A stretch of DNA of 62,578 nucleotides, taken from the NCBI GenBank assembly GCA_905331295.1, contig CAJNYD010000125.1, positions 62,001 to 124,578 of the forward strand. The letters run 5' to 3'. Within the stretch, counting starts at the first letter, position 1, and every line of letters starts with the position of its first letter. The position numbers were made by a program, and so were the translations under genes. This DNA is from Rotaria socialis. Its lineage: Eukaryota. Below are positions 41,501-52,150 of the stretch, one piece after another. The notes under the pieces are model-generated. The model had not been told where the DNA came from. It saw nothing but the letters and a program-made list of their open reading frames with translations, and ran no database searches.

Positions 41501-42561
41501 TATGAAAAGTAAACACAATTGTAGCAATGCTTTCGTTATGCAAAAAAAATAAACAAAAAACATTTTTTCTTGCTTTTCTTCCGTACAATTACCTATGAAT
41601 ATTGATCATTACTAATATTAAAAAAACATGAATCTTATGATAATATACACTCTACGTAGAATTTAATCAAATAAAAAGAAAACTTATGAAATATTCTTTT
41701 ATTTTTTTTAGCATACCTATCAGCAATTAAACGTGGATCTTTAATGGTTGGATGAATGGCTAATTGAAATGGTGAATTGAAATAATGCTGCTGTTCTTGT
41801 GATCGATGCACAATTGTGTTTCTTCGTATAACTACAAATCCACTATCACCTAAATTAGCTGTATGTAATATTCTTTCTTCGTTATGTAATGCAACAATGC
41901 ACGCTGTACTACTGCCTAAATTAGAAAAACATTTGATGCATTATTTTGTTTAGTTTTCTGCTTTTAAAAATAAGTTTCATTACCAATAATGCATTGTTTA
42001 TCTTCTAATAGCTTTTTATAACCTTTTGATAATAATTCTTTCAATGTTAACGGATTTAAATCAATGAGTTTATTATCAATTAAGGATTTACAGGCATCCA
42101 TCAATGAACGAGAAAATAATGATGGATCAATACCATGTTCACGCCATCCACCAACACCATCAGCAACACCTTAAATTTTAAAATGAATTCAAATTTTATT
42201 CTCTAAAATTTTACATACCGAGAAAATCTCCTAAACGATGTCTTGTTACAAAAAAAGCATCATCACCATACACATTTGATGAATTTGATTGTTGTTCTAT
42301 TAGAGAATTTTTTCGTTTTGTTTGGGTTATATATTCAAGTTCATTGTTATCATGACTTGAATAACCAGATGATACAGTGACTAGATGCACAGCGTGTTTG
42401 ATTGCTGTTGATGGACATGTTATGGCAAGACTATTGGAAGATTGTGTTACGTGAACAGACGATGAAGATAAACGTAATAAACCATTAAAAAGAATATTTT
42501 CAGCTTCTGTACTACTAATAACACGTGCAAACAATCGAGCATAAACAGATAATGATTGCAT
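38542..42561 (-). CDS. PPTC7: Mitochondrial PP2C-family phosphatase PTC7 homologue; 6 coding exons (~42561-42219, 42169-~41984, ~41915-41717, ~40735-40611, ~39526-39394, 38600-38542)
   Basis: Motifs [76 protein letters not shown] and [15 protein letters not shown]-terminus resembles a mitochondrial presequence. Confidence 0.93.
40008..40599 (+). CDS. Uncharacterised ~170-aa single-pass membrane protein nested antisense within PPTC7 intron 4; 2 exons (40008-40323, 40400-40599)
   Basis: ATG-initiated ORF with an N-terminal hydrophobic helix ([29 protein letters not shown]) followed by basic residues. A 76-bp GT-AG intron with a polypyrimidine tract joins in frame to a stop-free second exon ending ...PDTIVHI*. 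Confidence 0.7.
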
Positions 42562-43820
42562 AATTAAAATAAATTTATCTAGAAAAATAAAAACGAAATG
42601 AATATTAAATTAAGAAACAAGAAAAAAGCAGAAAACAAACTTTGAAAGAACTTTGGACATCGGTAATTGAATACCTACAAAGAAAAAGAAAATTGTGTTG
42701 TACTTTATTTCTATCTAGATACACCTACTGGTGACGTATTTCGTTTAATCATAGGCAAAGACATTTAGAATGTTTTTTATTCAAGTACCACTTTTACTCG
42801 TTTTCTTTTTCCGTTCTCTTAGTTGCAATACGGACTGTGTGAAGTGCTGTAGCAGCAGCAATTGAAGCAGTATAGCGAACCACTACGTATTGAAAAAAAA
42901 AATTCTTTTTTTCTTTCTCTCGTTTTCACTTCGAGGTCAATATACGCATGCTATAAATAAACAGCTATATGCTTGTAGCCAATAATCAGATCACAATCAC
43001 CAACTGAACTATTCAATATGGAAGAGATCGGTTATGTTTGAAAAGAAGTACCGACGCAGGTGAATAGGAAAGAACACAATAACAATGTATACTCTCGCAA
43101 ACGAAATGGTAAAAAGCAAGTTGGACGTATAAACGATAAAAATCATTTTCATACGTATAAAAAGTACATATACCTTAGGGCAAATATCAATTAACACCAT
43201 ACACATACACATATGTAAAAATACTCTAAGAGTTAAGTGACATATTATTTTCTTCCATGTATATAAATATTAGAAAGTTTATTGATCATAAAGACTTCGA
43301 AATATTGATAAACAATACTGTTTCTTTCTTCTCAACATGAACAACAGAAAAGTAATTTATACTTCATACACATATATTTCGATATGATGCTGTCATCACG
43401 TCGAGCTCTAACAGTCTCATTGAATAGACTACTATTTTACATATGTTGCAGCAAAAGAAACAATACCCTAGGGAAAAATTGTTTTCTATATGTCTGAAAA
43501 ATTGACGAGCAGAGTCTATCAAACGAAATTGAGTTGTCTTCTTCTCACAGTCAGACATCTTGATAACACATGTAAATAGAACATTCCTATGTTATGATTT
43601 TTCATGGCAGTCACCGAACGATAGAGAGCAAAGTTTAAATAAATATGCACTAATAATAGATGTTGTTGAAACAAGCCTATTGGTTTCTATATAATACTTT
43701 TTAAGGTAGTGCATTTATGCACATCAAACTTCCTGCTGAGAAATTTCATTCAAAATAGCTGTACATATTGATTATGAACCGCAAAAAAATTGATGATAGG
43801 TTGACATTCTATGTCAGGCT

Positions 43821-44765
43821 CACCAAAGTCAAAACTCGAGCAGGACAAAAATCCCATTTATTATTACATGGTTGGATAGAGTTCGATGAGTAGATCATGC
43901 ATATCACCTTTAAAATATTTCTACGCTTCCGTTTTGATTGAGAAATTTNCAGATAAAATTTTGATGAAAATTATTTTTTCATAAAATATATGATAGTCAA
44001 TGTACTTTTTCGTGCTGATTCCGGATCTGATGTTTATCTTGCATGAAAGTTGAGTTTTGATACTCGAAATCTCGAAATAAGAGAGTAATTCGTTCAGCTT
44101 CAGCCACCGATGTAGTAAAACTCGATTTTGTTAGAGATAGAACAATATTTTTAAAACTGAATATATAATTTTGTCCGCTGTTGATTGACGGTTCGAATGA
44201 CATGGAAAAGTTCGAGATATGCTTTCAAAAAAAATACTTGATGNNNNNNNNNNNNNNNNNNNNNNNNNNNNNNNNNNNNNNNNNNNNNNNNNNNNNNNNN
44301 NNNNNNNNNNNNNNNNNNNNNNNNNNNNNNNNNNTTGTCCGCTGTTGCTTGACGGTTCGAATGACGTAAAAAAGTTCGAGATATGCTTTCAAAAAAAAAT
44401 ACTTGATGATTTTGCGAGACATCAATTTGAACGTGTCTACAAGGTGACCTAGTGGAGCTCCTCAAACATGAAGCGTACACTTTTTAATGGTCAAAATTAC
44501 ATCAGTAGATTCAGATTTTCATGTTGAATTCGATGATGATAGTTTTAGAAACTTAGATGATTGTTAAACGAGGTAAATTTCGAGTTTTCTTGGAAAAAGT
44601 GAAATATTCACTTCTTCAGGTGCAATTTGTATTTTGAAAATTTCTCAATCAAAACGGAAGCGTAGAAATATTTTAAAGGTGATATGCATGATCTACTCAT
44701 CGAACTCTATCCAACCATGTAATAATAAATGGGATTTTTGTCCTGCTCGAGTTTTGACTTCGGTG
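43821..44765. mobile_element. Non-autonomous DNA transposon / MITE with ~130-bp terminal inverted repeats starting CACC(A/G)AAGTCAAAA
   Basis: 43821-43950 is the near-perfect reverse complement of 44636-44765. No transposase ORF inside. The interior is interrupted by an N gap. Confidence 0.88.
44244..44334. other. Assembly gap (91 N) flanked by two slightly different copies of the same ~75 bp (44170-44243, 44335-44409)
   Basis: Directly visible. Confidence 0.95.
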
Positions 44766-46030
44766 CAGCTTATAACAAACGCTCATGAATGATTCGGTTT
44801 CTACTATTTACCCATGATTACTTATTCAAAATCGAAAAATGGGAAGGAAAGAAAGAAATAATAATCAATAGATACTAACCTGAATACTTGAATATTGGCT
44901 AGATAATGAAGTTTACACTGTTTATCCGTAATGTTAACAATTAAAGATAGATCTAAAATATCAATAATAAAAATATTATTTTAATCATAACAAATTTCAA
45001 TGTTACAATGCAATATAAGCAACTATTCATACGATAGTAAATCGATCGACTAAAGAACAGGAAAAAAACGCATAGAATACACAATTATAGTATGCTATAT
45101 GCTAACACGGCATTCACGTGCTTTTCTTGTCATGCTTATATAATAGTTTGCCTCTTAATATTTTTTTTTGTTCTCTTTGAAAAAGCAATTACGTCATTTC
45201 TATTGAAAAGAAAAAGAAAAAGAAAGGAAGCATAAATACAGACACTTAACTACAGATAGTGTACGACAAAGGAAAAAAACAAGTACAACGGTTGAAAAGC
45301 TGTAGCTCTCGCGTTGAATTTATCTTATAGATTTATTTTTTGTTTCATAATGAAACACAATACTAAATTATTTATAAAAGCTCACATTGAACAATAAAAA
45401 ATTAATTACTGTGGGTAGTTAAGACTCACGTACTTTTTACATTATAATCATGTTTAATATATGTTCAAATGCTAAGATTAGAAATTATTTTTCTCTAATC
45501 CAGCCGTATTAAATTCTATCGCATAGTACAACAACAACAAGAAGCAATACGATTGCGAACCAGTAAGCAGTAGAAAAAAGATTGTCTGATTTATCGAGTG
45601 CAAAGAATAGAGTAGAAAAAAAGAACATAGATGAATAAAAAAACGAAAGAGAAAGAAAAGAAAAGAATACTGGATGGGGCAAAGTACACTCATTGTTAGT
45701 CAGCAGAACAGAAGAAACAGTTCGAAATAGCAATAAAAATAAAATAAAAGGACATAGGTATCCTCATTATCAATTCAAATTATAGTAATTCTGAAATGTC
45801 CCATAAATCATAAATAAATGTAATGTTGTCAGTTTTCTTTTATTCACCTACGATTGATAAATAAAAAGAAGAAGAAAAAAAACGAACAGAAAGCCAAATA
45901 ACAATTATTAAGCATGCTCACATACACATTTAACAAACATAAATAAAAACAAAGCTATAATTAAAGAGCCTCGATGAGAACTATATGTTTTTCATTCGAT
46001 TTCCTTTTTTTTTGCAATAATTTATACAAA

Positions 46031-48061
46031 TTATAATTCAACTTTTTTTGTTTTATCATCATTCTCTTCATCATCCAAATTGACATCACTGAGATCAATA
46101 TCTTCAACAAAATCTAATTTTCCATCTTGACCATCCCATGGTTCACTATCAATAATAGTTGGTAGTTTTCCTTCAGCAACGCCGGCCAATGGTACAAGTG
46201 GGCTTGTCAAACGACCAGCTGATAATTCTTTTAAGAATCCACTGATACCTGTTTGACTAAATGCACCTTTCAATACAACATATTTTCCTTTGCGTGCATT
46301 TATAGCAACTTGTGCTGGATAACCAAAACCTCCAATACCAACAGTTTCTTCAAGTTTTGGTTGACGAAATGCTTCAACCCAAAGCCAACCCCAACGATTG
46401 CGTTTGTAACTTTCAGCAAAATTTTTTAACATTGTTAAATGTTCATTACGACATTCTGATTGACAATCAAGAATATTTGGTAGAAATGATATTATACACA
46501 ATTGTTTTTCGGCACAACTATCATCTAAGACAGTTTGACTTGTTATTTCAAGAACATCTGGTGCTGGAACATTTGCTTGAGATTTATCCAATGCCCAAGC
46601 AACAATATCCTATTGAAATGAATAGGAAATAAGAATGATATAGTCTTTTTTTTAAGTTTTCATATGTATAAATAGATAGCATACATTTGATGATCGTCCA
46701 CCATCGTATTCATCAGCTTGGCCATCCTTTTTACCAGACGGAAAGAATTTTATTGTTGGAAAACCTTGTACTCCATATCGTTGTGCCAATTGTGTATGGA
46801 CAGTTGCATCTACAACACCTAACTTAACTTTACCTTTAAGTTCTGTAGCAGCACGAGCCCATTCTGGTGCTAAATTCTTGCAATCTATGAAACACAAACG
46901 TATGTAAAAGCGAAAAGAAATTATTTCGAAAAGAAATACTTACGACCACACCATGGAGCCACTAAAATGATAAGAAAAAAATAGAATTATTCACAGATTT
47001 TGTTTTAAGTTAAAATATCGAGCAAATTTTCATTTGAAACAATTATATAGAATCATATGAATATTCAAGTTCATAAAAAAGACTGTAAGAGTAGTAACTG
47101 AATATTTATGAGACGTCCCTATTTTCATTCACTAATCGTATCCTTTAATTTGTTTTTAAAATATCTATTGTGTGTGTGTGTGCATCCGACGTAGCAGAGT
47201 AAATATAAATCAGCGAGAAACATAGTAATAATATGTAATTGAAATATCAATTATAATAGATCTATTATTGAGATAACTTTCAAATTGAAATTATATGCTC
47301 GATTTGTTTGTCAGTAAACAAGAGTTGATACAAGAAAATTCAATGTCATGAAAGATCAATTTTTAGATTGTAAACTTACTAAATTCAACAAGCCACATAT
47401 CTTCCGAATCGATAACCGTTGACTAGAAAAAAAATAAAGAAAAATAATTAGAAAAAAAAAAGAATTGAATTTCAAAAAAACTTGTTTACATCGAAATTGC
47501 TATCTGTCAATTCGATTGTATCTTTTCCTCCATTTCCGCTGTCGCCACTTCCACCACCACCACCACGTTTACCCAAACGTTCATTGACAATTGCTCTTAA
47601 TTGATTGAGAGCTTGCTCAATGATAGCATCAGCTGTTCGTCCACCTTGATAATCTGTTGGTGAGCGTTTATTATTTCCGAATACTTTTATTGTTGGAAAG
47701 CCTGACACTCCATATTGTTGACCAAGAGATTTGTGTGAATCAGCATCGACAGCACCTATTTTAACAATGCCTTTCAATGCTGTTGCGGCACGTTTCCATT
47801 CGGGTGCCAGATTTCGACAATCTAAATATGAGCAATAAAGAATTGATTATAAATATGCATAAGCAACAAACTCAGATACTTACGACCGCACCAAGGTGCA
47901 TAAAATTCTACAAACCATATATCAGAACTTTGCATAACAAGATGATCGAAATTAGATGGATTGAGTTCAATAACATCATCAGCCGAACTATAAAGTCCAT
48001 ATGTAGAAGCAATAAAACCAATGATGACAAACAATAGAGATGAATGCATTTGTGATCTCAT
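46031..48061 (-). CDS. PDIA6: Protein disulfide-isomerase A6 (P5); 6 exons including an 18-nt micro-exon at 46961-46944
   Basis: Signal peptide, [16 protein letters not shown], two thioredoxin domains with spliced WCGHC active sites, a Gly-rich linker, the C-terminal domain ([13 protein letters not shown]...GIGGFGYPA...EPWDGQDG), an acidic tail and the ER-retention-like end KVEL. Confidence 0.96.
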
Positions 48062-48168
48062 CTACAATGTCAATTGAAATATGTAGAAATAAAATGTGAG
48101 AAGAGAAAAAGGCCCAGTGATCTAACTCTAATCCTTTCAACCAACATTGAGCTTACACGATCTTTTTT

Positions 48169-48400
48169 CCAATTATCTACCTCCTCTTCCCCAATCACTA
48201 TTCAGCGCGTTTGACCGATGTGATGGACCAATGAAAAATAGCGTTTTAGTCTCTACTATGGTGTTTTGAAACGATATAAAAATTTTGATTTTCCTTAAAA
48301 CGAAGCTTTCTTAATTTTTTATATGATTTTATTCTAAAGAAAATTTTTTCACTTCTTGATATACTTTCAATGGGTTAAATATAGCATTTTCTATCATTGG
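48169..48400. promoter_or_regulatory. Putative bidirectional promoter between PDIA6 and MDH2 with clustered CCAAT boxes
   Basis: CCAAT at 48169, 48191 and 48228 and ATTGG at 48396 in a ~490-bp head-to-head intergenic region. Function is inferred. Confidence 0.4.
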
Positions 48401-48554
48401 TTGAACTGAAATAGCCAACTCATACGTGTAAATAAACAAATCTTAGTGATCTCGATTACATTATTATTTAGAATATTGAGATACGTTTTCCATTCTCATT
48501 ATTATATTTTTCAGAACATCTAAGAGAACAAAATCAAGAGAAAGGAAAATAAAA

Positions 48555-49931
48555 ATGAACAAATCTCCAATTCTACTTGGCTCTCTTATTTCAAAAATTA
48601 GCCCAAATTTTATTCGTTATGCATCAAGTGCTAGAGCATCAGGAAGTTCTGTATGCTATTCACAAATATTCTATTTTTCGTCTATTTTATTCTCGTTGCT
48701 TCTTTTATTTTTAGCAAAGAAAAGTTGCCGTTTTAGGTGCTGGCGGTGGTATTGGACAACCACTTTCTTTATTACTTAAGCTAAGCCCCTTGATCAGTGA
48801 TTTATCACTCTACGATATTCAGCATACAAAAGGTGTTGGCGCTGATCTTAGTCATATTGAAACACGTACCAAAGTCCGAGCTTATGTTGGCAAAAATGAA
48901 CTATCAGATGCACTAAAAGGAATGGATCTTGTGGTGATTCCAGCAGGTGTACCACGCAAACCAGGTAAAATAGAATGCTCGTTATTTTGTAAGATCGAGC
49001 TTCAATTGGATTCAGATTTTCTTCTGTTCATTTTGCAATAGAAGACGAGTCTATTTCATCTTTGTTACAAAAGAAAAACAATGAATTATTTGTTTAAGGT
49101 ATGACACGAGATGATTTATTCAATACAAATGCAACAATCGTTGCTGATCTTGTTTCTGCTTGTGCTAAAAATTGTCCACGAGCTATTATTGCTATTATTG
49201 CAAATCCAGTTAATTCAACAGTTGTCATTGCATCGGAAATTATGAAGGCACATAATGTATATGATGAAAAAAAAGTGATTGGTGTTACAACATTAGATGT
49301 TGTTCGTGCAGCAACATTCATTGCTGAAGCTAAAGTTTGTTGATTTTTCTGAATAATTATACGTTTACTATTTTCTTGTCTACGCGAAGGGCCTTGATCC
49401 AGCAAAAGTTAATATTCCTGTCATTGGTGGTCATTCTGGAAATACAATAATTCCATTACTTTCACAAACATCGCCACCAGTTTCATTCTCTCAACAAGAA
49501 TTAGAAAGTTTGACAACTCGTATTCAAAATGCTGGAACAGAAGTTGTTGAAGCTAAAGCTGGTGCTGGCAGTGCAACATTATCAATGGCACATGCTGGTG
49601 CAAGATTTTCATTTGCAGTTCTTGAAGCCTTAAGTGGTAAAGAAGGTGTTGTTGAATGTGGTTATATAGCATCACGGGAAACAGAATTTAGTTATTTTGC
49701 TACACCGCTTCTCTTTGGCGTATGTTTATTTTATCATTCTTTTTGTTTTGTTGATCTATTGATTTATTTTTCAAAATTCATTTTTAGCGTAATGGTGTTG
49801 AAAGAAGCATGGGTGTTGGCAAACTTTCTGATTTCGAAAAGAAATTAATTGAAAAAGCCAAAAAAGAACTCAATGGAAATATTGAAAGTGGTCTCACATT
49901 TGCTAAACAATATTTAGCAAAATCGAAATAA
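48555..49931 (+). CDS. MDH2: Mitochondrial malate dehydrogenase; 5 exons
   Basis: Transit peptide, [69 protein letters not shown] and [24 protein letters not shown]. Stop at 49929-49931. Confidence 0.97.
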
Positions 49932-50150
49932 TGTCAAGAAACCATAACGCCTGATTATGACTTGTGTTTTTGTTTTGTTTTGTTCCATCTAACCTTATTT
50001 TCATGAGCAACATTCATCACTTTCATCTTTTAGGGTAGTCTATGTATAGAAAAGAAAAGTAGAAAAAAAATAAAAATATACCTATATTATGCTAGTCGAG
50101 CTCTTTTATTCTTCAGATTCAATTTAATTAATAATAGAAAAAAAACCAAA

Positions 50151-50517
50151 ATGGTACGATTAAATGTTGACCAAATGAGCCGCTATGTTAGCCCAGTTAA
50201 TCCAGCTGCTTTTCCGACACTTAGCATAGTTTTATTAGGTAACTAAAACGAATCTAAAATAAATAGACGAAGTCAAACAGTATTTTGATTCATTTAGGTA
50301 TTGGTATATTTTTAATGTCATGGTTTTTTGTTTATGAGGTTACAAGTACAAAATATACTCGAGATTGGAAAAAAGAAATTCTCATTGCTCTGTAAGTTCT
50401 ATTTGAATTTTTCAGCGGTAAACAATAATCGATTTCTTATTATATTGTAGTGTGGCATCATTTTTTCTTGGCTATGGCGGTTTATTTCTTTTACTTTGGG
50501 TCGGAATTTTTGTTTGA
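50151..50517 (+). CDS. TMEM258: Oligosaccharyltransferase subunit TMEM258 (OST5/Kuduk), ~82 aa; 3 exons; absent from the ORF track
   Basis: Spliced product [82 protein letters not shown] with two canonical ~59-bp introns. Confidence 0.93.
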
Positions 50518-52150
50518 ATTCATACAAAAGAATGACAAAATGGGCCAAAAATAAATGAAAACTTATCTCCTCTTTCTTTTTTTCGTCTTTATTGTTTATT
50601 ATTATATTAGTTGATTCATTGTTGTTATAACTATGGGCTTGTTGATTATTGTCTTTTTTATTTAAAAAAAGTCTTATTATCTGTTTACAAGAAAACAAAA
50701 AATAAATTTGCTCTTGAGTTTTAGATAATTTTAAAAAAAGTAATTTAATCTTAAATGTATATATTTAACAAATTGTACATATTCAATGAAAAGGTATGTG
50801 AATTAATCAATGAAGATCATGACAGGATATTCTTTCTTGCTAGTGTGATCGATAAGTTTTTTTACATTTATTTTCTCTAAATAAATACAGAGACGATCAG
50901 TAGCTTGCTAAAATATGATAGCATCACATTTTGAAGACAAACGCCTACGAGAAAAAAAATAAAACATCAGCTGATTTTATGAGAAAAAGCAAAAGAAAAA
51001 ACATAACAGAACATACTTTGGTCTCTATGTTAACAAAAAAATCTGAGAGCAGTTTTTTATATGTTCGAATCACGCATTAGAAACGTGACCAGATCGGAAA
51101 AAGAAAGAGCAAACAAATGCACGATCAGCGAAAACAACCAGTAAGCTATTGTACAAGCTGACATCATTCGACATAGATGTATGGATGCCTACTAGTGACC
51201 TTATCGAAATTGATATGATTTAATTTATACAACGATTGACATTTCTATTTTTTAATTCAAAAATGAATAAGATTTTATCTAATCAGTCTGCTATTTTTTT
51301 GCTTAAAATTTTATCAAAATATGATACATATTTACGTAAATTTCTACCTATTCGATTATCGTACGATATTTTATCTTTATTTTATTTATCAAAACACTGT
51401 ACAGCAATCATAAGTAAGCATACCGTAAAAAAAATCATGTTAATATATTACTATTAGCCTTGAGAACCCTAACTTTAACTTTACAGAGTTCGATGTATAA
51501 GAATGCACTTTCTTAAGTATAGATGTAATACATCATCGATGTGTGCTTTCCAACTCTATATCTCGGTTACCATCTAACTTTTTTTTATATACGACTGCAA
51601 TAAACTAGGGTTGTTTTACAAGTTGAATGTTGTTGGGTTTTAAGGGGAGTAAGAACAGGAAAAAAAAATGTGAATATAAGTCATTATCACATGATGATGT
51701 TTTTTTCTTTGCTCGTTCTTCTCAACTTTTCCTTCTGATTCTTTACATACAAAGCATATACTCAGCTGCTGGCTGATTATGTTGTGTTATAGATATTCTA
51801 TGCACATGAGACGACATATAAGCAACATTACTGGAGTTGTTGATAATTATGCGCCTGATTTTATGCAGAGAATAGGCAACCCATAGATGTTTCATATAAA
51901 TGATTATATTGAACGAATGAATACATATGTACAACTAAAGCAACGATTGCATCATTTTCTTGACTCATTTTATATTCAATATTCTACCGTAGAAATACTA
52001 TTTTCTTTCGTTCCTATTGTATTTTATCACCATAAATTTAACCAGAACTATTTGGTTTTCTTTAGACGACATATTATCTTTAGCTATTGTACATGATTTA
52101 AACATATATCTATATTTATTAACACAAGAACAAATAAGAAAAAATTAAAG

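Noticed and set aside
43997..44480. ORFs inside the TIR element as a transposase
   Set aside because: They are short, partly read through Ns, and show no DDE-like motifs.
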